DNA of 64,000 nt from Actinomycetota bacterium (GTDB lineage Bacteria > Actinomycetota > Acidimicrobiia > Acidimicrobiales > Aldehydirespiratoraceae), in assembly GCA_029979265.1 (NCBI GenBank), contig JAPOHW010000017.1, forward strand, positions 3,047-67,046, in the 5' to 3' direction. The notes beneath the pieces were generated by a model that worked only from the letters and a program-made list of their open reading frames with translations, was not told where the DNA came from and did no database searches. Both the position numbers and the translations under genes were made by a program. Below are positions 9,246 through 18,005 of this stretch, in pieces; the first letter of the stretch is position 1, and every line of letters begins with the position of its first letter.

Positions 9246-9295
9246 TCGAGCGTAGGCGGCCGTGCAGCAAGCGAGCGTAGGCGGCCGTGCAGCAA
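9246..9295. repeat. Tandem direct repeat, 2 x 25 nt (24/25 identical)
   Basis: tcgagcgtaggcggccgtgcagcaa followed by gcgagcgtaggcggccgtgcagcaa, read directly from the sequence. It lies 30 nt downstream of the tRNA-Lys 3' end. Confidence 0.95.
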
Positions 9296-9325
9296 GGAGG
9301 CGGGCCGGGTACTGCTGCTGGTCGG

Positions 9326-9399
9326 TGCCCCCGGTGGGATTCGAACCCACGATCTTCGGATTAAAAGTCCGCTGCCGTAACCAGCTTGGCTACGGGGGC
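9326..9399 (-). tRNA. tRNA-Lys (anticodon UUU)
   Basis: Cloverleaf with acceptor GCCCCCG/CGGGGGC, T-arm GUGGG-UUCGAAU-CCCAC and anticodon loop CUUUUAA. CCA is not encoded. Confidence 0.9.
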
Positions 9400-9411
9400 G
9401 AGACGAGCTTA

Positions 9412-10569
9412 GTGAGCGGGCACGGCGACACCGCTACCGTTCTCGACGTGTTGCCCGACTTTCGTCTCGAAACCCACTTTGCGAGATGGGAGTTCGTCGC
9501 AGAACACCATCTGACCGCATCGGATGCCGAGTCGATGTCGATGCGTGAACTGCTCGCGATGGCCACACCCGAGCAGCGGGCCGAGTTCGACGACATGTGG
9601 CTCGGGTACACCGAGACCTGGGGTGCACCCGAGCTCCGTGCAGCGGTGGCGGCGACCTTCGCGGCGCGGTCGGCCCACGACGTGCTCTGTTTCGCAGGTG
9701 CGTCGGAGGGAATCTTTGCTGCGAACCAAGTGCTGCTCGATCGTGACAGCCATGCGATCGTCGTCACCCCCAACTACCAGTCGCACGAGACGCTCCCCCG
9801 AGCGATCGGTGACGTAACCGGTGTGCCCCTCGATGCCGACGACCGGTGGTCACTCGATGTCGACCGGGTCGCCGCTGCGATTCGCCCGACGACCAAGCTC
9901 GTCACGATCAACTTCCCGCACAACCCGACCGGAGCAATCCTTGCGCCGGAGCGATACCGAGCGCTGATCGAGCTGTGTCGAAAGCACGGGATCTGGATTC
10001 TCCATGACGAGATCTTTCACGGCCTCGGCCCGTCCGGTACCGAGCACCTGCCCTTCATCGCAGACGAGTACGAGCGGGGACTTTCCCTCGGCGTGATGTC
10101 GAAGTCGTATGGTCTTCCCGGTCTGCGCATCGGTTGGATCGTCTGTCAAGACCACAACGTGCTCCAGCGCATGGAGCGGATGAAGCACTACCTGTCGATC
10201 TGCAGTTCGGGGCCGAGCGAGCGATTGGCGATCATCGGCCTACAGAACCGCGACCGAATTCTCGCCCGCAACAACGCAATCATCGACGACAACCTGCCCA
10301 GGTGGGAAGCCTTCTTCGCCCGCCATCCCGACCTCTTCGACTGGCAGCCCCCCGACGGTTCGTGCATGGCCTACCCGCGGTATCTCGGCCCAGAGGGCGT
10401 CGATCGGTGGGCACAGCGCCTGGTGGAAGAGGCGGGCGTGTTGGTGCTGCCGTCGACGATCTATTCGTCGGAACTTGGAGCCACGCCGACCGATCGATTC
10501 CGGATCGGCCTGGGTCGGCGCGGCCTCGACGCCGGACTGGCGGCGCTGGATGCGCACCTCTCGGCGTGA
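9412..10569 (+). CDS. PLP-dependent aminotransferase (class I/II fold)
   Basis: Motifs NYQSHE, INFPHNPTG and MSKSYGLPGLRIGW (Lys in SKS). The GTG start at 9412 was chosen because the track ORF start at 9262 overlaps tRNA-Lys. Confidence 0.8.
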   Translation: MSGHGDTATVLDVLPDFRLETHFARWEFVAEHHLTASDAESMSMRELLAMATPEQRAEFDDMWLGYTETWGAPELRAAVAATFAARSAHDVLCFAGASEGIFAANQVLLDRDSHAIVVTPNYQSHETLPRAIGDVTGVPLDADDRWSLDVDRVAAAIRPTTKLVTINFPHNPTGAILAPERYRALIELCRKHGIWILHDEIFHGLGPSGTEHLPFIADEYERGLSLGVMSKSYGLPGLRIGWIVCQDHNVLQRMERMKHYLSICSSGPSERLAIIGLQNRDRILARNNAIIDDNLPRWEAFFARHPDLFDWQPPDGSCMAYPRYLGPEGVDRWAQRLVEEAGVLVLPSTIYSSELGATPTDRFRIGLGRRGLDAGLAALDAHLSA

Positions 10570-10628
10570 GCCGGATGCACAGCCTCGACGGCGCAGCGCT
10601 CTGCACCTGCCATGGCGGTGTCCGCCGC

Positions 10629-11036
10629 TCACTCACCCGATACGAACAGGCAGAACGGGTGTCCGGCCGGGTCGAGCATGACTCGGAGACGCTCACGATC
10701 ACGATCCGGTGGCTGCCACGCCGCTTCGGTCCCACCACGGGCGAGCACGAATGCAACCGCAGTGTCGATGTCGGCGACCAAGATCTCCAAGTGCAGCTGC
10801 TTCTGTGATTCGCCCTGACGCTCGGGCCACGTCGGTGCGACATAGTTCGGTTCGGCCTGGACATTGAGACCGACACCGCCGGCTGGATCGCGCAGTTGCG
10901 CCCACCCATCCGACCGGTCCGTGACCTCCCAGCCGAGAAGTGCCGCATAGAAGTCGGCGAGCAGGTCGGCATCGTGGCAGTCGATCGCAACGCCGGCCCA
11001 ACGAGCGACGGGGGCGTGGGCAAGCGCGTCGTTCAT
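10629..11036 (-). CDS. VOC/glyoxalase family protein
   Basis: 135 aa. FYAALLGWE-type N-terminus and paired beta-alpha-beta-beta-beta module length. Confidence 0.75.
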   Translation of the reverse strand: MNDALAHAPVARWAGVAIDCHDADLLADFYAALLGWEVTDRSDGWAQLRDPAGGVGLNVQAEPNYVAPTWPERQGESQKQLHLEILVADIDTAVAFVLARGGTEAAWQPPDRDRERLRVMLDPAGHPFCLFVSGE

Positions 11037-11175
11037 GTCGTCGTCACCGCGCCGACCATGGGGTTCGATCAGTGAACGGATGGCTGGTCACACCGGGATT
11101 GTCGCGGCTGCGACAGCCGGGGTCGACCGGTCGTTGCTCTTGGGTGGCATCGAGCGGGCGTTCTACGGTTGCCGT

Positions 11176-12435
11176 ATGGACTTCTCGATTCCGGCCGACA
11201 TCCAAGCGTTGCTCGACGAGTGCGACGCGTTCATCGACGACGTCATCAAGCCCATCGAGGACGAGGACGACAACATCCGCTTCTTCGATCATCGTCGTGA
11301 AGATTCGCGCACCGACTGGGACCGTGACGGTCTCCCCAACGCCGAGTGGGAGGCGCTCCTTCGCCGCATGCGGGTCGAGGCCGACAACGCAGGCCTGCTG
11401 CGGTACCACCTGCCCGAGCGGTTCGGTGGTCGAGACGGATCGAACCTTGCGATGGCGATCGTCCGCGAGCACCTCGCCCGCAAGGGTCTCGGCCTGCACA
11501 ACGACCTGCAGAACGAGTCGTCGATCATCGGCAACTTCCCGACCGTGCTGATGATGGAGCAGTACGGCTCGGACGAGCAGCAGGCCGAATGGATTCCGAA
11601 GATGTTGGCGGGTGAGGCTCGTATCGGTTTCGGGCTGACCGAGCCGCTCCACGGCAGTGACGCCACGTGGATGGAGACGACCGCGGTTCGCGACGGTGAC
11701 GAATGGGTCATCAACGGCGAGAAGTACTGGAACACAGGCCTTCACCACGCCACCCACGACTACATTTTCGCTCGCACCTCGGGAAACCCGGGTGAGGGGC
11801 ACGGCATCACAAACTTCATCGTGCCCGTCGACACGCCGGGATTCGCGGTCGAAGAGTTCATGTGGACGTTCAACATGCCCACCGACCACGCCCACGTCCG
11901 CCTCACTGACGTGCGGGTGCCGCATTCGGCGATCCTCGGGGAGGAAGGGCGCGGCCTGCAGACGGCACAGCTCTTCGTCCACGAGAACCGGATTCGCCAA
12001 GCCGCCTCGTCGGTCGGTGCCGGCCTGCACTGCATCGACATGGCGGTCGAGCACGTCAACAATCGAACCGTCTTCGGCAAGCCGCTGGCCCAGAACCAGG
12101 CGATCCAGTTCCCGCTCGCCGAGCTCTACACCGAGGCCGAAATGATCCGGGCGCTCATCTGGAAAACCGCCTGGCAGATGGATCAGGGCATCGATCATCT
12201 CGAGATCACCGATCGGGTTGCGATGTGCAACTACCGGGCGAATCGGTTCTGCTGCAACGCCGCGGATCAGGCCATGCAGGCGTGTGGCGGGTACGGCTAC
12301 GGACGCAAGTATCCGTTCGAGCACATCTATCGGCATCACCGTCGCTACCGGATCACCGAAGGCACCGAAGAGATACAGATCCGGAAGGTCGCCGGCAAGC
12401 TCTTCGGGATCTCGGGTCGAGCCAAGACCGGCTGA
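11176..12435 (+). CDS. Acyl-CoA dehydrogenase family protein
   Basis: Motifs GFGLTEPLHGSD, GEKYWNTG and C-terminal ITEGTEEIQ. The ATG at 11176 was chosen over the longer track ORF. Confidence 0.9.
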   Translation: MDFSIPADIQALLDECDAFIDDVIKPIEDEDDNIRFFDHRREDSRTDWDRDGLPNAEWEALLRRMRVEADNAGLLRYHLPERFGGRDGSNLAMAIVREHLARKGLGLHNDLQNESSIIGNFPTVLMMEQYGSDEQQAEWIPKMLAGEARIGFGLTEPLHGSDATWMETTAVRDGDEWVINGEKYWNTGLHHATHDYIFARTSGNPGEGHGITNFIVPVDTPGFAVEEFMWTFNMPTDHAHVRLTDVRVPHSAILGEEGRGLQTAQLFVHENRIRQAASSVGAGLHCIDMAVEHVNNRTVFGKPLAQNQAIQFPLAELYTEAEMIRALIWKTAWQMDQGIDHLEITDRVAMCNYRANRFCCNAADQAMQACGGYGYGRKYPFEHIYRHHRRYRITEGTEEIQIRKVAGKLFGISGRAKTG

Positions 12436-12506
12436 CAACGGCACAACGGCGCCGAAGACGTGCGCTGAACAGCAGACCGTTCTTCTCTGTCGTTCACCGC
12501 AGCACT

Positions 12507-13496
12507 ATGTTGCCGCGCGTGTCCGATGCCGAACGTCGGGTGGCCGACGACTGGGCTCTGCAGCCCGACTATCTTCCCACGGGCCCAGCCCCCTACCTCG
12601 TCTGGCCACCGCAACCGGTCGAGGCAGTGAAGTACACGCTGAAAAACCATCTGTCGCTGAACGACCGAACGCTTTACATCGCGCTCGCCATCGTCGTTGC
12701 GTTCTGGCTCCAGCCCATCGACGCCGGGCAAGCGACGCTCTCCGCCGGCTGGATCGGCTGGCTACTGGCCCGAAACGTGGCCCTGGCCGGGGTGATCATC
12801 GGCGGATTGCACTGGTGGTTCTACATCCGTCGTGGTCAGGGTGACGAACGCCGATGGGACACCCGACCGCTCGGCAGGAACAAGCGTCGCTTCGCCTTCG
12901 GTGATCAGGTCAAGGACAACATGGCCTTCACGCTGCTGTCGGGCATCCCGATCGCCAGCGCATGGGAGGTGTGGGTTCGGTGGATGGTTGCCAACGGCCA
13001 TGTGTCGACCGTCGATCCGGGCGACAACCCCGTCTGGTTCGTGCTCGCCTTCCTCGTCATGCCGGTGTGGCAGAGCCTGCACTTCTACGTGATCCACCGG
13101 GCGATGCACCACGAGTCGATCTATCAGGCGGTGCATGCCGTCCACCATCGCAACGTCAACGTCGGGCCCTGGTCGGGGTTGTCGATGCACCCACTCGAGC
13201 ATCTCGTCTACTTCAGCACCCTCGCCGTCGTGCTCGTGCTGCCCCTGCACCTGGCGCACGTGTTGTTCCTGCTGTTCTGGCAGATGCTCGGCGCACCCTC
13301 GAGTCATTCGGGATACGAGGGTGTGGTGGTCAACGAGAAGATGGTGCTGTCGGTCGACGGGTACTTCCACCAGATGCACCATCGCTACATTCGCTGCAAC
13401 TACGGCAGTGCCGAGTTCCCGCTCGACTACTGGCTCGGCACCGCCCACGACGGCACCGACGAAGGTGCAGCACGCCTGCGGTCCCGCCACCGGTGA
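12507..13496 (+). CDS. Fatty acid hydroxylase / sterol desaturase superfamily membrane protein
   Basis: His boxes HFYVIHRAMHH, HAVHHRNVNVGPWSGLSMHPLEH and HQMHHRY, plus several TM helices. Confidence 0.8.
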   Translation: MLPRVSDAERRVADDWALQPDYLPTGPAPYLVWPPQPVEAVKYTLKNHLSLNDRTLYIALAIVVAFWLQPIDAGQATLSAGWIGWLLARNVALAGVIIGGLHWWFYIRRGQGDERRWDTRPLGRNKRRFAFGDQVKDNMAFTLLSGIPIASAWEVWVRWMVANGHVSTVDPGDNPVWFVLAFLVMPVWQSLHFYVIHRAMHHESIYQAVHAVHHRNVNVGPWSGLSMHPLEHLVYFSTLAVVLVLPLHLAHVLFLLFWQMLGAPSSHSGYEGVVVNEKMVLSVDGYFHQMHHRYIRCNYGSAEFPLDYWLGTAHDGTDEGAARLRSRHR

Positions 13497-13517
13497 GCGG
13501 ACTGTGAGCAGCGTTGC

Positions 13518-14387
13518 TCAGTCGGCCCAGCGCTCGTCGAAGGACCACACCTCGTCGAACCCCATGAGCGTGTGCATGTCGCCGATCGGCATCAGCGCGT
13601 CGGAGCCGGGACTCACGCCGTCACTGTGCAACGTGGCGTAGGCCGACTGCATCGCGGCGGTGGCTGCAAACAATCCCATGGTGGGAAAGAGCGCAACCGT
13701 GTAGCCGAGTGCAGCGAGTCGATCGGTGGAAAGCATCGGGGAGAAGCCTCCCTCGACCATGTTGGCGACCAGCGGTGCATCGATCTCTGCGGCGATGCGA
13801 GCGAATTCGTCCTCGGTCTCGGGTGATTCGACAAAGACGAGATCGGCGCCTGCGTCGGCATAGGCCCGACCGCGCGCAATCGCCTCGGTGAGCCCGAGCG
13901 AACTGCGCGCATCGGTTCGGGCGATGATCAAGACGTCGTCACGTGTTCGGCTGTCGATTGCGACCTCGACCTTCTTCACCATGTCGGCCGTGTCGATCAC
14001 CCGTCGGCCTTCGGCGTGCCCGCACTTCTTCGGGAACTCCTGATCTTCGAGTTGGATCGCGGCCACACCGGCGGCCTCGTAGCCCTCGACGGTGTGGCGG
14101 ACGTTCAGCAGCCCACCAAAACCGGTGTCGGCATCGGCGATCAGGGGCCTCGACGTGGCGGCGGCGAGGCGACGAGCCTGATCGACCATGTCGGCGAACG
14201 AGGTGAGCCCGGCATCGGGGAGCCCCATCCGAGAGGCCGACACGCCGTAGCCGGTCATGTAGAGCGCGTCGAACCCGGCCCGATCGGCGATCCTCGCCGA
14301 CACGAGGTCGAAGACGCCGGGGGCAACCGTCAGTTCGCGGGCTCGGACTCGAGCAGCGAGGGCGGCGCGACGGTCGGCGAAGCTCAT
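13518..14387 (-). CDS. Isocitrate lyase / PEP mutase family protein (methylisocitrate-lyase-like)
   Basis: Motifs YMTGYG, ADADTGFGG, EDQEFPKKCGH and ARTDA. The ATG at 14387 was chosen. Confidence 0.85.
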   Translation of the reverse strand: MSFADRRAALAARVRARELTVAPGVFDLVSARIADRAGFDALYMTGYGVSASRMGLPDAGLTSFADMVDQARRLAAATSRPLIADADTGFGGLLNVRHTVEGYEAAGVAAIQLEDQEFPKKCGHAEGRRVIDTADMVKKVEVAIDSRTRDDVLIIARTDARSSLGLTEAIARGRAYADAGADLVFVESPETEDEFARIAAEIDAPLVANMVEGGFSPMLSTDRLAALGYTVALFPTMGLFAATAAMQSAYATLHSDGVSPGSDALMPIGDMHTLMGFDEVWSFDERWAD

Positions 14388-14427
14388 GGCGTCGAGTATG
14401 ACACCGGCGCCGGTGACCCGGTCCGCT

Positions 14428-16470
14428 TCAGAGGTGCTGGCACAGACGACGCGCCTCGTAGATCGCGGCTGCGATGGTGCGACTGGCCACCGCATCACCG
14501 ACGCGGAACAGGACATAGCCCTCGCCGTCGGTCGGCTGGGATCGGCCACCGGTCAGCGCATCGATGTCGATCACTCCATTGTTCGTCGAACCGTCACGCA
14601 GCGAGCGATAGAGGGTGTCGTCAGGCATCACACCGTGCTCGAAGATCACATGGTCGACGGTCCGGACGTGTTCGTCCCTGGTCTGGATGTTTCGAAGCAC
14701 AGCGGCGAGTGCTGCTCCATCATCGGCCTGCTCGACTCGCACGAGCGCGTGATCGGGGGTCATCGTGACCCCGGCGGTGTAGAGCATGCGGAGGTACGCG
14801 GGCCCGGTCGTGGCTGCGAGGTCCTGGGCGACGAGTCGGTCGGGGGTGACCAACTCGATGTCGGTCACTCCGCGTCCTGCGAGGTACTCAGCCACCGACG
14901 GGGCGTTTTCGCCGCCGTGGTCGTCGAACAGCAGCACCCGGCCGGCGGGATCGACGTGACCGCCGAGCACGTCCCAGGTGCTCGACACGAGTTCCGCACC
15001 GGCGGTGAGGAACCCGGCATCGGGCCAGCCACCGGTGGCAATCACCACGATCGCCGGCGCCTCGGCGAGCACATCGGCTGCATCGACCGGTGTGCCGAGC
15101 CGAAGGTCGACACCGGCATGGTCGAGTTCGGCTTCGAGCCACCCGACGATGCCGAGCAACTCGGACTGCCGTTCACTCGCACGAGCGGCCAGCACCACCT
15201 GGCCGCCCACGCGGTCCTGCGCCTCGAACAACACGACGTCGTGTCCTCGCTCGGCCAGTACTCGCGCAGCTTCGAGTCCGGCGGGCCCGGCGCCGACCAC
15301 GACGGCCTTGGACACCGCACCGGTGGATGGTGTGATCAGTTGCGGCACGTGGGTCTCGCGACCCGTCGCCGGGTTCTGGATACACACCGACTCGAGGCCC
15401 TGGTGGAGCCGGTTGATGCAGAACGATGCGCCGACACAGACCCGAATGCGGTCCGCATCGCCGCGTTCGAGCTTGGCGACGATGTGGGGATCGGCGATGT
15501 GGGCCCGGGTCATGCCGGCCAGGTCGATCAGTCCCGACGAGATGGCGTGGCGAGCCGATGCAAGGTCGGTGATCCGGGTGGCGTGCAGTACCGGGAGGTC
15601 GATTTCGGCCTTGATCGACGCGGCCAGCGACACGAACGGCATCAGTGGCGTTCCCGACGGTGGGATCGCCTTCGACAGCCCTTCCTCGGTCGCGAGCGAC
15701 GAACTCGCAATGTTGACGAAGTCGAGAAATCCCGATGTGGCGAGGCGGTGGGCGATCTCGGCGCTTTCCTCGCGGCTCAGGCCGCCGATCTGGTCCTCGT
15801 CGGCGATCATGCGGATACCGACCAGTAGATCGGTTCCGACCGCGACACGTATCGCGTCGAGCACCTCGAACGTGAACCGCAATCGGTTGTCGAGGGAACC
15901 GCCGTAGTCGTCGGTTCGATGGTTTGCGAGTGGCGTCCAGAACTGGTCGATCAGATGGCTGGTCGCGCACAGTTCGATGCCGTCGAGCCCACCGGCCCGG
16001 GCCCGCACCGCTGCGGCGGCGAAGTCGCCGACCACCCGCCGGATGTCGCTCTTCTCCATCTGCTTTGGCCAGCCTCGATGCATCGGCTCACGGATCGGGG
16101 ACGGGGCGATGGTGGGTAGCCAGTCGCCGTCGTTGGACACGTTGCGGCGCCCCATGTGCGTGATCTGGCACATCACCGCAGCACCGTGGGCGTGGATCCG
16201 GTCGGTCATCGCCGCGAGTGGATCGATGATCGTGTCGGCCCCGAAGTACAACTGGCCCCACAACGACGCAGAGTCGGGCGAGACGTTGCTCGACCCACCG
16301 ATCATGGTGAGTCCGATGCCGCCCTTGGCCTTCTCCTCGTGGTAGGAGACATAGCGTTCGTTGGGTATGCCGTCGGTGTTGTAGCCCGGCGCATGACTGC
16401 TCGAGAAGATCCGGTTTCTCAGGGTGAGATCGCCGATCGTGAACGGCTCGAGCAGCGGATCGGTGGTCAT
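14428..16470 (-). CDS. NADH:flavin oxidoreductase (OYE-like TIM barrel) fused to an FAD/NAD(P)-binding domain (StcD/DgcA/FadH-like)
   Basis: 680 aa. N-terminal LRNRIFSSSH ... CQITHMGR, a middle C-x5-C-x11-C segment, then VVVGAGPAGLEAA Rossmann motifs. The ATG at 16470 overlaps the mttB-like stop (ATGA). Confidence 0.85.
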   Translation of the reverse strand: MTTDPLLEPFTIGDLTLRNRIFSSSHAPGYNTDGIPNERYVSYHEEKAKGGIGLTMIGGSSNVSPDSASLWGQLYFGADTIIDPLAAMTDRIHAHGAAVMCQITHMGRRNVSNDGDWLPTIAPSPIREPMHRGWPKQMEKSDIRRVVGDFAAAAVRARAGGLDGIELCATSHLIDQFWTPLANHRTDDYGGSLDNRLRFTFEVLDAIRVAVGTDLLVGIRMIADEDQIGGLSREESAEIAHRLATSGFLDFVNIASSSLATEEGLSKAIPPSGTPLMPFVSLAASIKAEIDLPVLHATRITDLASARHAISSGLIDLAGMTRAHIADPHIVAKLERGDADRIRVCVGASFCINRLHQGLESVCIQNPATGRETHVPQLITPSTGAVSKAVVVGAGPAGLEAARVLAERGHDVVLFEAQDRVGGQVVLAARASERQSELLGIVGWLEAELDHAGVDLRLGTPVDAADVLAEAPAIVVIATGGWPDAGFLTAGAELVSSTWDVLGGHVDPAGRVLLFDDHGGENAPSVAEYLAGRGVTDIELVTPDRLVAQDLAATTGPAYLRMLYTAGVTMTPDHALVRVEQADDGAALAAVLRNIQTRDEHVRTVDHVIFEHGVMPDDTLYRSLRDGSTNNGVIDIDALTGGRSQPTDGEGYVLFRVGDAVASRTIAAAIYEARRLCQHL

Positions 16471-18005
16471 GGCGTCTGTTCCTCGGGAATCTCGGTCATG
16501 CGGCGGGCGACGAAGTCGAGCAGCTGGGTTTCGACCGAATCGTCGATCGGGGGTTTCTCGTAGGATGCCAGGAGCGCCTCTGCTCGCTCCCATCCCAGCT
16601 GTTCGGTGTCCTTCGCGCCGGCCTCGTTCCATTGCTCGAAGCTGGTTTGGTCCATCACCTCGGGCCTGTGGAAGGCATCGGTGTAGTGGGCGATTGTGTG
16701 GGCCGCCCCGAAATAGTGGCCGGCCGGTCCGACCTCGCGCACGGCCACCATCGCGTCGTCGAAGTCGTCGAGCCGTGGACCCTGTGCGTACCGGAGCCAG
16801 CCCGCCGCAATATCGGCGTCGGTGCAGTACTTCGCCAGATTGACGGTCAAGCCGTGCTCCATCCAGCCCCCGCAGTGCGTGATGAGGTTGATGCCGCCGT
16901 GGACGGCGGCGTGCATGTTCATGTTCGCCTCGTAGCCAGCTTGGGCATCGAGCTTCTTCGATCCGGTGTGCATGCCGACGCTTCGGATCGGGAGGTCGTA
17001 GAACCGAGCGAGTTGGCCTGCCATCAGCAGCATGTGTGCCAGATCGGGGGTACCGGTCATGGGAGCTCCGCTGCGCATGTCGACGATCATGAGGAACATG
17101 CCGTAGATGGTCGGTGAGCCCGGGTTGATTGCCTGAGCGAACGCGCAGCCCGCCAGCGCCTCTGCGTTGAGTTGCGCAATACCTCCAACCGTGCTGGCCG
17201 GCGTGTTGGCACCCGCCAGAGCAAATGGCGAGTAATGGATCGGCTGACCGGCGCGGGCGTACACGATTGCAGCACCGAGCATCGACTCGTCCCACACCAG
17301 TGGCGAGTTGCCGTTCATGAATCCGGTGATCACTGCGTTGTTCGCAACGAACTCGTCGCCGTGCACGATCCGAGCCATCGCCAGTGTGTCTTCGGCCTGG
17401 TCGGCCCCCTGACACGATCCGATGCTGGCCTTGTCGCTGTAGCGCATCGAGTCGGCGTAGTACGCGAGATGCCGGTGCGGGATCGCGACGTCGGTTGCCT
17501 CGCAGTGGAAGCCGCCGGCGATGTTGATCGTCGGCAGTTGGTGGCTGAGTCGAATGCATTCGAGGTTGTCGGCCCGGGTTGCGTAGCGCCGAGTACCGTC
17601 TCGGTCGAGGAAGAACGGGCTCCCCGAATTGGGGGACATGGCAAGGTGCTTGCCGCCGATCTGCACCGATTCGGTCGGGTTGCGGGCATGCAACGTGAAC
17701 TGCGAAGGGGCGTGGGCGATGAGCCCCATGAGCAGGTCGCGCGGAATGCGAACCCGCGTGCCGGTGATGTCGGCCCCGACCTCGCGCCAGATGTCGATGG
17801 CCGGGCCGTACCGGAATTCGATCCCCACCTCTTCAAGGATCCGCATCGACGCGTCGTGGATCATCTCGACCGTTTCGTGAGGGAGGAGTTCGTAAAGCGG
17901 AATGCGCCGCTCCTGCGATGGCGGCACAGCGGGAGGCCGTCGGTTCGGTCGCCGGGCGCTGCGACGAGCGGTCACCATCGGGCGTGAAGGGTTGTCAGAG
18001 GACAT
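16467..18005 (-). CDS. Trimethylamine methyltransferase (MttB) family protein, non-pyrrolysine type
   Basis: About 510 aa with MttB-like layout: Arg-rich N-terminus, then IHDASMRILEEVGIEF. There is no in-frame TAG. Start is ATG 18005 or 17978. Confidence 0.8.
   Translation of the reverse strand: MSSDNPSRPMVTARRSARRPNRRPPAVPPSQERRIPLYELLPHETVEMIHDASMRILEEVGIEFRYGPAIDIWREVGADITGTRVRIPRDLLMGLIAHAPSQFTLHARNPTESVQIGGKHLAMSPNSGSPFFLDRDGTRRYATRADNLECIRLSHQLPTINIAGGFHCEATDVAIPHRHLAYYADSMRYSDKASIGSCQGADQAEDTLAMARIVHGDEFVANNAVITGFMNGNSPLVWDESMLGAAIVYARAGQPIHYSPFALAGANTPASTVGGIAQLNAEALAGCAFAQAINPGSPTIYGMFLMIVDMRSGAPMTGTPDLAHMLLMAGQLARFYDLPIRSVGMHTGSKKLDAQAGYEANMNMHAAVHGGINLITHCGGWMEHGLTVNLAKYCTDADIAAGWLRYAQGPRLDDFDDAMVAVREVGPAGHYFGAAHTIAHYTDAFHRPEVMDQTSFEQWNEAGAKDTEQLGWERAEALLASYEKPPIDDSVETQLLDFVARRMTEIPEEQTP

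Noticed and set aside
8184-9350. Long antisense or alternative-frame ORFs. Examples: 8184..9350, 19381..20781, 22924..24813, 35982..37313, 43486..44844, 47441..48688 and 52185..53711, all on the minus strand.
   Set aside because: Their translations are dominated by Arg/Pro/Gly/Ala and have no recognisable motifs. Each fully overlaps a gene with clear family motifs. These are typical shadow ORFs of high-GC DNA.
9326-9399. tRNA genes (Lys at 9326, Ser at 46481, Ser at 53535) as genomic-island integration sites
   Set aside because: There is no integrase, transposase or phage gene, no direct repeat of a tRNA 3' end, and no compositional shift flanking any of the three tRNAs.
9262-9411. N-terminal extension of the aminotransferase ORF
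   Set aside because: It would be translated straight through the tRNA-Lys gene on the opposite strand and through the 25-nt tandem repeat. I moved the start to GTG 9412.
14428-17559. 1043-aa ORF in the track, suggesting a giant fusion protein
   Set aside because: Only the C-terminal 680 aa (from ATG 16470) look like a real protein (OYE/FAD). The upstream 363 codons are Arg/Pro/Gly-rich and lie out of frame over the genuine mttB-like gene on the same strand. The ATGA overlap at 16467..16470 marks the true boundary.
16467-18005. Pyrrolysine (in-frame TAG) in the MttB-family gene
   Set aside because: The frame is open from start to stop with no internal TAG, so this is a non-Pyl member. No pyl genes are visible in the window.
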